Positions 39,470-53,298 of a stretch of 64,000 bases of DNA are shown here, piece by piece; position 1 is the first letter of the stretch; each line of letters opens with the position of its first letter. The DNA lies in the NCBI GenBank assembly GCA_028534125.1, contig CM052816.1:23810001-23874000 (forward strand), written 5' to 3'. The translations under genes were made by a program, and so were the position numbers. This DNA comes from Lama glama (taxonomy: Eukaryota). Under the pieces are notes generated by a model. That model was not told the origin of the DNA and ran no database searches. It saw only the letters and a program-made list of their open reading frames with translations.

Positions 39470-39845
39470 AGCCAAGTTAACAGCTACTGTTTATGAAACA
39501 CATGCCATGTGTAAGGCACTGGACAGCCACCTCACCTCATTATTACATAGCAGGGGCCTTGGGCAAGCTATTGACCTCTATATTTCAGTTTCTTCTAGTA
39601 AATGTTTAATGAAATATTCCTTATTACTACTATTACTATTATTAGGGAGAGGAGGAGGGTATAGGAGACTGAGGATGTAATCCTCATAATAGCCCTGTGT
39701 GGCAGGCATAATTATTCAGATTTACAGATGAAGGAATTGAGGTTAAAAGAGGTTAAGTGGCTTATACAGTGTTGCAGGGCAGATAAATGGAGCCAGGACT
39801 TGAATCCAGGTCTCTGCATTTGTGTTACTATGTACCACATTGTCT
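39470..39845 (-). mobile_element. MIR SINE(s)
   Basis: tttacagatgaaggaattgaggttaaaagaggttaagtggctt...ggagccaggacttgaatccaggtct; an opposite-strand MIR core lies at about 39555-39610. Confidence 0.8.
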
Positions 39846-40238
39846 CCTTACCTTCTCTAAGGGGGCAGAGACCCTGTTCCCAGATATCAAGGTCTCCAGC
39901 ATGAGTGGCTCACTGCCTCCGTGCTGCAGTCTGCTTTGAAAAGTAAGATGTCCTTTTGGAGCCTCCCTTTTCCATTGTAGAATTACGAGATTTGAGTGAC
40001 AGTTGTTTGTCCTTTATAAATGAATCAGAGTTCTGTTTTACACTAGGTGAAACGTTATAGAAATGTTGTCCATAAAACGGAGCAAATTAACTCTTTTTAG
40101 GGTCAGTGTTGCCAGTTGGCTCACTGCATGGTAAGTCTGATTCATTTAGCATAATAACAGCTATGAGAATTGAAATTGAGTAGAACTGCCTACACTTGGC
40201 TTAATTTTCTTAAACTGTATAGGAAAAGAATGTACCTA

Positions 40239-40264
40239 CACAAACACACACACACACACACACA
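40239..40264. repeat. (CA)n microsatellite
   Basis: cacaaacacacacacacacacacaca. Confidence 0.9.
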
Positions 40265-40799
40265 TTCAGGCAGCCATCAGCTTGAACCAGGCATGAACTC
40301 AACTCTGTAGGAGAAGGGTCAGTTTGGGAGTCATCGCTGAACATCATTGGATGCCGTAGATCCTGGCTTCAGGAAACTTACACTTTAGAATATGGCTAGA
40401 GGAAATGTGGCTGGAGAAATAAGTGAATTTATAACTGTGAAGTTCTGAAAATACCAAAGAAGATGTATGTGTTTTGTTTGGTAGGCAATATGGAGTCATT
40501 GAAGGCCTTTGAGAATGAATTGTCCAATAATACAAACTAGACAGAAGGCAGAATTTGCCCTAACAATGTTAGCATTTTATGTCAGATTTCTAAGCTATTT
40601 CTTTCTCTCTGATTTCTTAAATTTCTAATTTTTTTTAGTCAAACAAAAATGTGTCCATTTTTTTTTGCATTGAAAAGGAGGCTTATTCTTCATCATATTC
40701 AGGTAATCAAGATCCCCAGTGATTTACAGAGTGGTTTTTTTCAGTGTCAGATATTTAGTTTACCATTAAAATCGCCTGTCTTTACATTTTGCCTCTTTA

Positions 40800-41295
40800 T
40801 ATGAAGTTCAGAGCCTTTACCTGGACTTTCAAAGCCCTTTAGTACCTGACCCAGCTTGTACTCAGGACCCATCTCTAACTGCTCACCACCTCACACTCGC
40901 ATTTCTCTCATTTCCATACATGAATACGCTGCCCACAGTATTTCCTCTGCCTGAAGCGTCTTGATTTCCCCCTTCAGTGCTCATTAAAACCCAACTCATC
41001 CTTTGAGTCGCCATTTAGATATCACTTTTCCTTTAGAGCCATCCCTCCTTAACCCACATTTTCTTCCTGGGCAAAATCAATCAGCCCTTCCCATAGTATT
41101 TTTTTATTTCATTCATTTCTGGGTTTATCGCAGGGTCACAAGTACTTGTGCTTTACTCGCTGGCCAGACTGTGAGCACCATTAGGTCCTGCCTTATGCAG
41201 CTTTCTGTCCCCTGTGTCTTATATAGTCCCTTCAGTAGAGGTGTGGAATCAGTAAATCTTTTTCTGAATGAACAGACAACATAAATGAACGAGTG
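40800..41295 (+). mobile_element. L2 3' fragment
   Basis: gactttcaaagccctt...agactgtgagcacc...aatcagtaaatctttttctgaatgaac. Confidence 0.65.
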
Positions 41296-44200
41296 AGATG
41301 ATACTGAATGTAAGAATTTCACACTGGTTAATGACTGCTGTGCATCCTTGGGCATCCTGCTGGGCATGATGTGACGCACTGAGTTTTGGTCCCCAGTGCT
41401 CAGAAGATGAGAGAGCCTGCTTGAGCTCCAGAGAGCAGAGGCACAGTCAGTCATGTGCTAAGATTGAGACCCCCATCATTTCAGTATCAATATCCTGACC
41501 CAGCAACAGAAGAAAGTCCCTAAGGAGGGGAGAATGATGTTCCAAAATGACAAAACAAATGTTAAAATTAAGTAAGCAGCTTAAATTTTTTTCGAATAAC
41601 TATGTTTCATTTGGGTTAAGTATGTGTTTTCCACATATGAAAAAAAATAGGTCTAGCATTTTAATATGTAAGACATCTTGGATTTTGATTTTTAAAAATC
41701 TGAGTCTGTATTTTCTTAGATTGAATTTATTTATGATTGTTTTATCTATGTCATAGGTATTTCCATGCTGCTTATTTTGGAACCACATATATGCTAGCAG
41801 TGATGAGCTGGATGAGCTCAAAACTTTTACTTTGAGTAGGAAACTTCATGCTATCTGCAGCTTTTATTCTGAGAGTGGCATACGCTGAATGCTGCCCTAA
41901 TTCCTTATTCTAGTTAATGAAAACATCCTGAGTCTACACAGCATATAAAACATCGGTAAACTGCCTTTTTCTTTTATGTGTAGAAAAATAATTTCATATG
42001 GCAGGAGAGTTTAGCCAGGCATTTAATTATAAATAGGATAGTTTTCCCATTTTATATTATACTAAATATAAAACTCAAATTCTTAGTTTAATTTTATCTA
42101 GTGTTTTTCATCAAGTTTTTTTTTTAATATCCAGGAAACAGCTAGCTTCCTTTTTTTAACAAAGAGTACTGACATATGTCCGTTCTGAAAATAGTTGAGC
42201 CACACCTAATAATTTTTTTTCTCAGAAGCATTTTTAATAGCACAACTTAATGACCCTTATATCATTTTGTAAGTCAATGTCATTGTAAAGCCCATGGCAT
42301 TATTAGTACCTAATTTCTACGTTGCGGTGTGGTTGAGAAGAGTGACTGGCAGTCAACAATAAGTCCATAATGAATTGACAAGCAGCAGGGAGCAAATTCT
42401 GTCTGCAAGTTAAGGTACCTGCTACTGTTGTATAGGCAGAACTAGCTGGGACCCTAAGTGGGGGGCGAGGAAGTGCCAGTTTTGCACAGAAGTGCCAGTC
42501 GGCAGCAAGCGACATTCAGAAGATAAGAGATGGCACTTAGACATCCTTAGGGTAATATGCTGTTGCCACGGCATCCTAGTGCATTTCCTTGAGTTTCACA
42601 AAAGTTTCAGTGCACAGTATTGCTATGGGATGTTCTTGAGAAAACAAAACCTGAAAACATATTGGGAAAAATTGTAACATAAAGCAAAAGTTTGAGGCAG
42701 TAGGTAATTCATTGCTAGATAATTTCTTAGCCAATAGATGCTCTAAGTCTAGGAGAAAGGCCTGATTGTTACAGTTAAAATTCTCAAGGAAGCGAGCCCT
42801 GATGAAGACCTTAAAAGGTGAGTGAGAGCTAAACAAAGGACTAAGGCTGTGCGGAGTGAGGAGAAAGGCGTGAGCAGCACTACAGATGCTGGAAGTGACT
42901 GGGCTCAGGCGATGATGAGAAGAGCTTGTCTGGAAAAGAGAGCTGAGTACGAAAGTAGTTGGAGAGAAAACAGGAAAGATGGATTAAGATTTCGATTATA
43001 TTGTTAAGGCTCTTAACAGTCGTGCTAAGAAGTTTCTGGTTGATCCTGAGGACAGTGAGAGCAGAAATTCTGAGTGGGACAGAGGCAAAAATCAGTGGGG
43101 GAAAACTGTTTAAAGGAAATGAGGAAGATCTTCAGATAGTGATACAGAGTGATGGTTGGGATATGCTGTTCTTATGCACCACTGTGTGTGGTGGGCGTTG
43201 ATTTCGTGTGTGCGTGTGTGTTTGTATTTGCAACACATGCTTGAAGGATAACTCAGAACTCCTAAGAATGTTTAACTAAAGGGGGAAGAGGAGACAGGGA
43301 TGAAACAATAGATTGAATATTGTTTTAGTTTTAACCTCAAAATCATATAAAAGGTGACTAGTAGAACAGGGATAGTAGTTTTAATTAAGAAAAATGCCTA
43401 GAAAGAGAAGTTTAGACGACAAGGAAGAAAAACTTCACTATTTTAAAGGAAGTGAACCTAGGAGCCACACTGGTTCTCTTTCTTTCATTGTCCCTGGTTC
43501 TAGTTAGTCTTTTATAATGGAAACATGAAAGCAACCTGAAAGTATTTTCGGAATAGCAAGAATCTGCAGAATTCATCAAATGGAACCAAGGTTGGTGCCA
43601 GACCCGCAAAGAGGCAGGTGCAGAGCTCCGGTATCGGGATGGAGGCTGGTTGCTATTTGCTGAGCACCTGCTATCCCTGGTCTTCTGACCTGAGCTAACC
43701 TCGTCGGTGTTTCCTGGCTGACCCCTCCATTTTTAATGAGCAAAGCTCACTCAACGGGAGACATATATTTTCAAGGTACAACCCCCTGACTTTTACCAAG
43801 TTTTCATCACATTGTATAATTAACCATTAGTTCTCTTAAATCAAGTTTAGACTAGATGTCAAGCCATGAAACAAACTCCGATAAGAGTGCCATTATTTTG
43901 TTTCAAGATAGATTTATATTTTAATCAGAGGAGACGAATTGCTTCCTCTTTCCCAGTATGGCTTTAAATAAGACTTCATGTATACTTGTTCTGGGAGCAT
44001 AGTGAGGGTGATAGGGGATTATTAGAGAAATAGACATGTTTTCATTACTTAGGACCTATCAGTCCTACCGTTAAACATATACCAGGCATTTTTCCTAATG
44101 GTGTAATAAATACTCTTCACCTGCTTTGCCCCTAACAATCCCCTGCTTCAAGGGGTGGTGTGCCTAGACAACTCTTAGTTCCATAGGGCGCCCTTTTTAT

Positions 44201-44904
44201 TCTTCATATAGCACATGTCCAACTTGGTACTTTCTAAGGACCGTGCAGTTTCAGATACACAAAGGAAAGAACCGAACTCCTAGCCACTGGTTTGCTTTTG
44301 AAATGTATTTTTAAAGAGATCTTAACTGTGAGACATCACACCACACTGTGTCTGTTTCTCACCATGGTAAGTTTTTGATGCAAAAGATTGGAAGTAGATT
44401 GCTTGTCTCCTCCGTGTTATTAGGAGAGACTGGTTGTAGAATTTATGAAAAAAAGGTTATGATTTACTTTCCAAACCTCTCTTTCTGCCCCTCTACCCTC
44501 TCAATAATGAACGACACGGTTTTCTCAAATCCATCTTACAGGACTGTGTAGAGGTTTCCAAACTGTGTAGAACAGCAGTTATGTATGTTGACTGAATCTG
44601 AAGACCCCTCTTTAAACGTCAAAAATGTCTTCAGATCCTTGCGTGATGGTCACTCAGTATCTTTGAGAAAATATATAATGAAAAAACTACTGGATATTTA
44701 GTAGTAATTTTGAATGATTTTGTGTCTTATTTATCACCATGGAATCTCAGTAAGTAGGAATCATAGTAGTGCCTGTTTAATAGGGGGTGTTTTTCATTTG
44801 CACTGCAGTGTTCAGGGTGAATGCAGATTTGTGGTCCCCACACGGTATCACTGCACACTCCCAGAGTCCGGGAACTGAACAGATTCCTGATGAGTCTCTA
44901 CTCA

Positions 44905-47590
44905 TTTTGATTCATGTTACCTTATTTCTGATGTGTTGTATTTGATCCATGAGTTGTTTAGAAATGTAAGGGGTTTCGCTAGTTTGCAAATCTTCTGTGT
45001 GGGCTTGAAAATGTTGTGTTTTCTCTAATTGTTTGATAAATACATCCATTAGATCAAACTTGTTAACCCTACTGTTCAAAGTTTCCCTAGAGCTACTAAA
45101 TTTTGTCTGCTTATCTATCAGTTACTGAAAGTGTATAATGTTCCACTGGTAGTAGATTTCTCAATTTTTCCATGTGGTTCTTTAAGTTTTTATTTTATGT
45201 ATTTTGCTGCTATGTTATAAGGTGATAAATGTTTAAAAGAATTATATTTTCCTGGTGAATTAAGCTTTTGTTTTTCAGTGTGTATTGACTGTCTAAAGTT
45301 TTTTTTTAATTCAGTTTTTGGTCTACTTCTAAATATTTTTTCTTGCCCATTTTATCTCATACTGTTTTACATTATATTTTCTGAATTGGAGAGGAAGTTT
45401 TAAATATATGCCGGTTAGATATTTTTCCTATCAGTCTTTGTGCTATTTTTTGTTTTAAATGCGTCTCTTTTAAACAGCCTAAATCTAAATTTTGGGAGGC
45501 ATAATCTCATTAAATTCATTTGTATTTATTACAGTAACTGATATATTTATTTTTATTTCTGTTGTCTCCTTCTTTGCTTTCTATTTATCTTTTTTTCCCA
45601 TTATTTTTTCTCTTTCTTGCTTTCTTTTGGATTTATTCAGGTTTCCCTCCTTCCCTAGACCTCATTCTTTTTCCTCTGTTGTTTAAAATTTACATGCTTT
45701 ACTTTTGTTGTTTTGGTGCTTATCCTGCCTGCTTTAAGATGCTCATGTAACTTAAAGCCTAAAATTAATCTGTACTTTTACCCAAATCTTTAAACAATAA
45801 AAGAATATTAGAATGGTTACACTTGATAGCCCTTTCCCAACTTTAAAAAATCCAGCTGTGTGCCACTCCCTGTTTGCAACAAACTAATTATTATTATTAC
45901 TGTTTGATATTTTAGTGCTTGTCCCATGTATCTAACAATATTTTCCCTCTTTATTCCTTCATACTTTTCAAAACTTCCAATTGGAATCATTTTCTTTTGT
46001 TCCTAAAACACCTCTTCTAAAATTTCCTTTAGCAAAAGCCTTTGGATAGAAAATTCTGTCTGTGTTTTCCTGCAAATGATCTTAATTACCCTCTGGAAAG
46101 ATTGTTTCTTGGGGTACAGAATTGTAGGTGGGTAGTTACTTTATCACAGTATACAGAAGATACTATTTCATTGTGTTCTAGCATCCTCTGGCACTATTGA
46201 GAAGTCAGTGCTTGGCTTAAATATCATTTCTTATCAGGTAATCTGTCTTTTCTTTTTAGCTGTTTTTAAGATCTTTACCTTTTCTTAATTGTTCTTCAGT
46301 TTCACAGTGATGTGCTAGGCTGTGGATATCTTTTTCATTTTCCCTACTTTGAATTTGTTAGACTTCCTAGATCTGAGGTTGTCTTGCAAGCTAGTATCTG
46401 TTGACTATTGGCTCTCCCCCAACTGTCTGCTTATTACACTTTCTAGTACTCTTATTAGATGTAAATTCCCTTTTCACACTCACCTCCATATTTCTTAACC
46501 TTATTTTAACATTTTCTATTTCTTTGACTCTCTGAACTACACTAAAATAATTTATTCAGCTGTATCTTCCAGCTCGGTAATTATCTTTTCGTCCATGTGC
46601 AATACACTGTTTAATATAGTGACTAAGCATTTTATTTCAGTTATGATTATTTTCACTTATATAATTTTCATTGAGTTCCTTGAATTCTGTTCTTTCACTG
46701 TTTATGGGCTTATTTTCCCTGTTCGCATTTTAAAACTTCTAATTACCTTAGAAAGATTCAATATAATTTAGTTACTAACAGTTGACCAGTTATTGTTAAT
46801 TTGAAACCATTAGTGATTTTCAGAGTTGGTTTGGCCATTCCAGTGTCTGGAGTCTGCTGTTTGTTCAGCTAGCTTTTGTTCATCGAGCCTTGCTTCTTTG
46901 TGTGTTGTTTATTTACTTACTTATTCAGTTAGTTACTTTACTGTGAGATATTTCTTTTTTATGGAGCTTTATCTTGGGAGTTCTTTGAGAGCTATGTTAT
47001 TAAGTCCTCGGTTGTATTGGTTTTTGCGAGTAACTTGGAATGTCTCTACCTGGAGACCTCTTTATGTTATATTCTTCCTTTGAAGTTTGTCAGAACACAA
47101 ACCCAATATTTTGGCATCAAAGCTGTCTGTGTGAGGAAGAGCTTGTGGTTTCAAATTCTTAGGAAGAATCTTTTTTATTTACTCTACCCAGAACCAGGGT
47201 AGAAACAGGCAAATCTCTTAGCTGTCTTCCTCTACGTTAGCCGTAAAACAAGGATATAGCGGTTTGGGGCCCCTACTTTATGAGGGGGTTTCCCATTACA
47301 TTTTATTTTGGAACAGTGAATCTGGGCTTTTATCTCTGAGGCTCTGGCCCCTGTGAAACTATTAGAGTTGAAAGTCAAAGCCTAGAGTTCTGCAGAAGCC
47401 CTGAAGCTGAAACCTAGCTGTGCACTTACCTCCTAAAACTCCTGTTCTCACTTCATTTTGAGACTCTTTCTTCTTTCTTTCATGCTAGCTGGATGATCTA
47501 TCTTTTAAAATAGTTTTTCATGTTTTATCCAGGGTGACTTATTTGGTAGGGACACTCAGGGTAGCTAAAACTCCATTTGACCGGAAACAG
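44905..47590 (-). mobile_element. Ancient L1 (ORF1/5' ORF2 region), heavily decayed
   Basis: T-rich + strand with antisense L1 blocks such as ttgatccatgagttgtttagaaatg, ggggtacagaattgtaggtggg and ctattgagaagtcag. Confidence 0.7.
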
Positions 47591-48419
47591 AATATATATT
47601 GTTTTATTTATTTCTCCCATCAACCCTGTTTCATGAAGAGGAACAGTTAGACACAGTTGCAGAATCAGTTAATAATATTTGTTGTATACCTAGGTATCCT
47701 GACTCGAGGCCATGATTCTTCTCTCCCCACCCCCCACCCCCAAATCTTATAATACAGCTTCCTTAAAGAGCCTTGAAGAGATAAATACTTTCAGCCTACC
47801 TTGTAAGCACTATGTTTTGTAACAGCGATTACTGCAAAGAGTTTCGACTTTCTTATCTTAGTTTGCATCCTATTCTTGAGGAGTGTAGCAATCAAATTTG
47901 GGAATTTGATACTTTGGGTTCCTGGAATGAATATTCTAAAAACCATTTTCCTGGATAGTTTTTGGGAATAGAAACCTATCTGTGAAATTACTCCCAGTGA
48001 CAGCCTGTTCAAGCCCAACTTGTGAAGTTTATGGACTGTCTGCAGTGCCTTTAAGTACACGTGCATGCCTCAGATTTAGTGCTTCGTTTTCGGGCGTACT
48101 GGTTTCTTTTGGGAGACGGAAGTTGTTCTGATTCTTACATTAAGGCCAATTCATTTATTTAACAATAGTGTTGAAGCAACCTGAGGAATACTATGGCCAT
48201 TTGAGGAAATAGCATATTTATTTTAAACTCAATATCTAGTGCAAAATATTGAGGCTTTACCTATTAATGGCATTACTTTAATTAATAGTTTTATCTGCAT
48301 TAGTGACGTGCAACTCCTGATTGTTGTGGTGTTACCTTTCTTCTTGTGGTCACAGACAAAACTTCTTTGAAGCCTCTTGATAAAAGTTGAATGATATTTA
48401 GTGGAACTAGACTCACAAT

Positions 48420-48990
48420 TTTTTGATCCTCCAAATAAAATCCAAAAGTCCTTCCCTCACGGTCTGTGGGGCTAGACAAGCTTTTGCCTTCAGCACCTCT
48501 CTGAGCTCATACGTAGCCTCCCACTCCCACTTGGTCGCGCTCTTCTCTAGTCACATGGCTTCCTTGTTTTTCACACACGTCAGGCACATCTCCTTCTTTC
48601 TCTTGAACTGCTCTTCTTTCAGATGACTGTGTGGCTTTTGCTCTCACCCTTATTAAAGTCTCTGCTCAGATGTCACTGTCTCAAAGGAGCTGTTCTGTTC
48701 AGCCTTTCTGAAATAGCACCGGCATTGATTGGATATTACTGTGTAACAAATAAGCACAAAATCTCAGTAGCAAACCACTGTACACATCTGGCGGTCAGCT
48801 GGGGATTGACTCGTCCAGGCTGAGATTGGGTGGGCACTTCCCTTCGAGCTCCTAATCTGTCTGGGTGTGGCTTCTCACTGCGGTGTGGGCTCATATCTGC
48901 TTCACGTCTTTCATTTTTGAATGCCTGCGGTATGGCATGGCATACGTGCTCAGTGAATGTATGCTCAGGACATGAGTAAAGGAATGAGTA
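48420..48990 (+). mobile_element. L2 3' fragment interrupted by an MLT1-like piece (about 48725-48925)
   Basis: aagtctctgctcagatgtcact...ctgaaatagcacc, then tactgtgtaacaaataagcacaaaatctcagtagc, then gcatacgtgctcagtgaatgt. Confidence 0.6.
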
Positions 48991-49139
48991 TATCTACTAG
49001 AAGTTAAAAGTCTAAGTAGATATAATAGAAACTAAGTAAAATAATTCATTTCACTTAGTCTCTTCTAACATGTGAAATAATTGATGTAAGAACTCAAGAT
49101 AATTCTGTCATGTCTTCTATTTTATTTTCACATGTTCAG

Positions 49140-49292
49140 ATCAGAGAACAGGCACATGTTTCTCGGGCCTGGTGAATGGTCGCTGTGCACAAGAGCTTCC
49201 GGGCAGAATGACAAAAATGCAGTGCTGCTGTGAGCCCGGCCGCTGCTGGGGCATTGGAACCATTCCTGAAGCCTGTCCCGTCAGAGGCTCTG
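49140..49292 (+). CDS. FBN2: Fibrillin-2 exon (probably 9), TB (8-Cys) domain 1, 153 nt
   Basis: catgttcag acceptor; CTG|gtgagc donor. (D)[50 protein letters not shown] has the CCC motif of TB domains. Confidence 0.97.
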
Positions 49293-50790
49293 GTGAGCTG
49301 CTGGTTACTAGTCTGCTCAGACAGTGTTAGGAAAATTAGTAACAATTATATGCTTTGGTCTTCTCCTTAAAGACAAGTCATATTTGCATCCTGTTAGTGT
49401 CTTCAGAATAACTTGGGTGTTTTTGTGGGTTTTACAGTGGCATTGTTTTTTGGGACCAGTTTTTATTACATCCAATTGTTAATATTAGAAAAAAATCCTA
49501 AAAAACTGATCATGACTTGATTTTAAGCAAGTATTTTTCAAAATTATTGAAATATACTGAAATGTCAGTATTTCTGTTCAGTTTTACAACCTCCTAATCT
49601 TCCATTTGAGAGCTTGAATATCTTTAAGTAACAAAGTTTGGTCTTCATGTATTTGATTTCAGGAGTACCCTCAGCTTATAGTGGCTCAGTCCTTGAAGAC
49701 ACTTCCTCTCTTTTCTAATGACCTTGAAAATTGAGAATACAGGAGTAGGAGGAGACCTCTCATTCACTGTGCTATGTTAACTGCCCTATAAGTGAGGCTT
49801 TAACAGGAAATGAAGATGAATGAGACGTAATTCCTCTTGCTAATGCAATATAAATAGTAAAGTACAATTAACATTTATCACATAAAGATATATTGATAAT
49901 GTGTTATTATTGTCTTCATATTTTATTATAAATATTATGAAAAATAATTAAACTTTTTGAAATAAGCTTTTAAAGATATGTATCTATATGTGTTACTATG
50001 GAGAAAAAATTAAGGCAGATTCTTTCTAAATATCTAAGCCATGAAGTATGAAAATTGAGTAAAAATTTTTTTAAAACAGAGTTAATGAATAGTATATAAT
50101 TTTGGAAACTCATTGTTCCACTAATAATATTTGATAGTAATATTAATACTCAAACAAGTACTTGAGTTAAATACATTTCATTTCTTCTTAGATCATGCCA
50201 TAATTCTGAGAACAGTTAAGAAAATAAGGCAGTCACTATATTTTTGCTTCTTTTCCCTCAGTTTTTATACGTGGACAAATAAGGAGCAGATTTAAAAGCT
50301 TACTCAGTACTGTCTTCTGTTAAAGTCCACATTAGAAAAAAAATATTCTGAAGCCATATTAATCCCTTAAAGAGAAGAAAAAAAAGATAGGAAAAATGTG
50401 TAGGTACAATACTGATGAAGATTTAAGTAAAACCAAATATACAGAATGAATTACTTAAAGGTTAATTTTCATCCATTCAAGTAAATTTCTTGCATTTATA
50501 GTTGCATCTGGAATTTTATGAGTTGCTTTTAGGGACATAAAGTCAAAAAATAAATATGGACAATTCTTTGGTTATGCAACTCAGTTAAAATATGGCACAT
50601 AGGTTTTAATTTTTTCTGAATCATCTATATCTTTTCCTGCTACTGTTAGCATTGAAAATGTTTATCAGGATAATAACTTATTTATATCATGTTGTAGAGA
50701 TAACCCAAAATGATCATTACAATACACATATTGCTTTTATTATGCAGAAGTCCATCCATTTGTGTTTAACTGAACTTTTTTTTCTTTTAG

Positions 50791-51024
50791 AGGAATATCG
50801 CAGGCTTTGCATGGACGGACTTCCAATAGGAGGCATTCCAGGGAGTGCTGGTTCCAGACCTGGAGGCACTGGGGGGAATGGCTTTGCCCCAAGTGGCAAT
50901 GGCAATGGCTATGGCCCAGGAGGGACAGGCTTCATCCCCATTCCTGGAGGCAACGGCTTTTCTCCTGGCGTTGGGGGAGCTGGTGTAGGAGCCGGAGGAC
51001 AGGGGCCCATCATCACTGGGCTAA
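50791..51024 (+). CDS. FBN2: Fibrillin-2 exon (probably 10), end of TB1 plus glycine-rich region, 234 nt
   Basis: ttttttttcttttag acceptor; TAA|gtgagt donor. (E)[78 protein letters not shown] Gly-rich segment here separates FBN2 from FBN1, which is Pro-rich. Confidence 0.98.
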
Positions 51025-51996
51025 GTGAGTGTTCACTTTTTGTGTAGACTCTCTAGTTTTCTGCCTTAAATAATATTATATTATCTAACTTTTTTTTCCA
51101 AAAATGTGTGTGTGTTTGTATGTGTGTCTGTGTGTGTGCATGCGCACATTCATGTGTATAGAAATCTATTTCAAGGTCTAAAACATAATGTAATAATGTA
51201 AAATCTTAGGAAAGTTTTATTTTTATGTTCCATAAACTTTCTAAATTGGAGAAAAGGAATGAGTGACCCAGGTTCTCTTTGAAAATAGAGACGGGAGCGT
51301 GGTAATACTCCAAGTCTAGATGACGCCATTAAAGTGCACATTTTTTGGTTCCAGTGTATTTCATTTGGCCGTTTGCAGCTTTCCTGATCATACACCCCTT
51401 GAGTTATTTTCCAGAGCCATTTCTCAAGTGAGATAAACTGAATAAGTCTTGCTCTGTGCCTGTACAAATATTATAGTGAAATATCTTTCTTTTCTTCGCC
51501 CTTTTTTGTTGAATAACTTAGGAAATTGAGAACTGTGGGCTTCAAGCCAGAATTGGCATTGGTGTGCTTGACATTTAAGTTCATTCTTTTTAAAATAACT
51601 GCTCTTGCTAATAATATTTAATGATGTCCTACAGTGTTATGTTTATTCTTTTTGGCATATTGCCTATTCACTATATCTGAATATTCAGCACAGTTACAAA
51701 AAAGGAAATGGAAAGCATTCAAATGTACAGTAGAACATTCCTGAAATTTTAAAAAAGGCATCATTATGGGCAGAGTTTTCAGATGTATAACTTAAGAAAT
51801 GCAAGTTACAACCATATGTCTCGAGAATAGTTTTTAGATTCTCAATATTAGAGTTTTAATAGAATATAGAATAATGTACCCTTTTGATATATACACCTCA
51901 TTAATGTACTATTAAATATTCTCTTAAATATCAGCTTTAAGAAAAGTAATACATGTTGTAATGATGAAATATCATTTGTGCTTTAATTTTCCATAG

Positions 51997-52134
51997 CTAT
52001 TCTGAACCAGACAATAGATATCTGTAAGCACCATGCTAATCTCTGTTTAAATGGACGCTGCATACCTACTGTTTCTAGCTACCGATGTGAATGCAACATG
52101 GGTTATAAGCAGGATGCAAATGGCGATTGCATAG
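51997..52134 (+). CDS. FBN2: Fibrillin-2 exon (probably 11), EGF-like domain, 138 nt
   Basis: ttttccatag acceptor; TAG|gtaagc donor. (T)[45 protein letters not shown], including an NQT sequon. Confidence 0.97.
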
Positions 52135-52359
52135 GTAAGCTTATGATTCTTTAATTCTCCTTAGTTTTTAAATAGCTTTTAGAGTGCAGGAACAAATTGG
52201 GCTGGATGTGATTTTTTTTTTAAGTCTTTGGAACTAAAGCTAATTTCCAAGCTTTCCCTCTTGTGCTTAACCTACTGCTCAGCTGGGCCACTTCAAGAAT
52301 CCCCTGCCCTTTCTGGTCCTAAATGTTGTGGTTTCCATCTCTGCCTCTCCTTTCTTCTT

Positions 52360-52890
52360 CCTTAGCTGAGCAATACTGGTTAGATGGTGGTGTTATTAAC
52401 ATGCAGAAGAAGGTGGAGATTGGGAGGAAGTAATTGATGAGTCTCTTTTGGGAATGTTGAGTTTCAGGTATCTCAGATATTAAATTATAGAGATCTAACG
52501 CTAAGAGAAGTGTTCAGGACTAGAGTTACAGCTTTAGGGATCAGTAACCCATAGGTGGTTATTAGAACCAGGAGTGTGACTGCTGTCAGCCAGGCTGAAC
52601 AACAGGAAGAGTGAAAAGATAGCTGTAGTACAGCCGGAACCCTGTGGATCAGCAACATAGGCCCATAAAGAAAACTTAGTAATAATGCTGGGAAAATGGA
52701 AAAATAATCTAGGAACTATTATGTCCATGAAGTCGTGAAAGGGTACACTTTCAAGAGAAAAGGAGTGTCGAGTGTTAAGTGCACCGAAAAAATCAAATAC
52801 AATGAGGATAAAACACTATTTTATTTGGTAACAAAGAGAGTTTTTATGCTCTTTTAAGAGTAGTTTTAAGGACGTTGGGGATTGAACCGT
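52360..52890 (-). mobile_element. L2 fragment
   Basis: tagatggtggtgttattaac...ttttgggaatgttgagtttcaggtatc...aatgaggataaaacact. Confidence 0.6.
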
Positions 52891-53178
52891 TTTAAGGTTA
52901 CTCTTTGATTTATTCATCTCATTAGCCAATGATCTTGTGTATGTTTCATATAATTAGCATAACCCTAAATAACAGATTTGGGTTCAAGTCTTCTGTTAGA
53001 AAATAGTTGAGAGGCCAGGAACAGAGTTAGTATCACGGTTTTCCCAAGTGGAATTGAATATGTCTAAGTACACTATGGTTATTAAAAAAAATGGGAGCCA
53101 AAAATGATGTTTTGGAAAAACCAATCATTCTGAACTGTACAGAGATACAAGATCAGAATGATTAAATAAGGCGTAGCC

Positions 53179-53298
53179 CAGGATCCCTGCGTACACACAG
53201 GTTTTGCATTGCACAACTATAGAGGGTACCATTCACATCATCTAAATAAATAGCACAGCCTAGCATTGTGCAGTTAATGATCGTATGCATCAGTCCTG
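53179..53298. mobile_element. 120-bp hAT-type MITE
   Basis: CAGGA...TCCTG ends, an internal inverted pair tgcacaa/ttgtgca and an imperfect 8-bp TSD gcgtagcc/gcttagca. Confidence 0.55.
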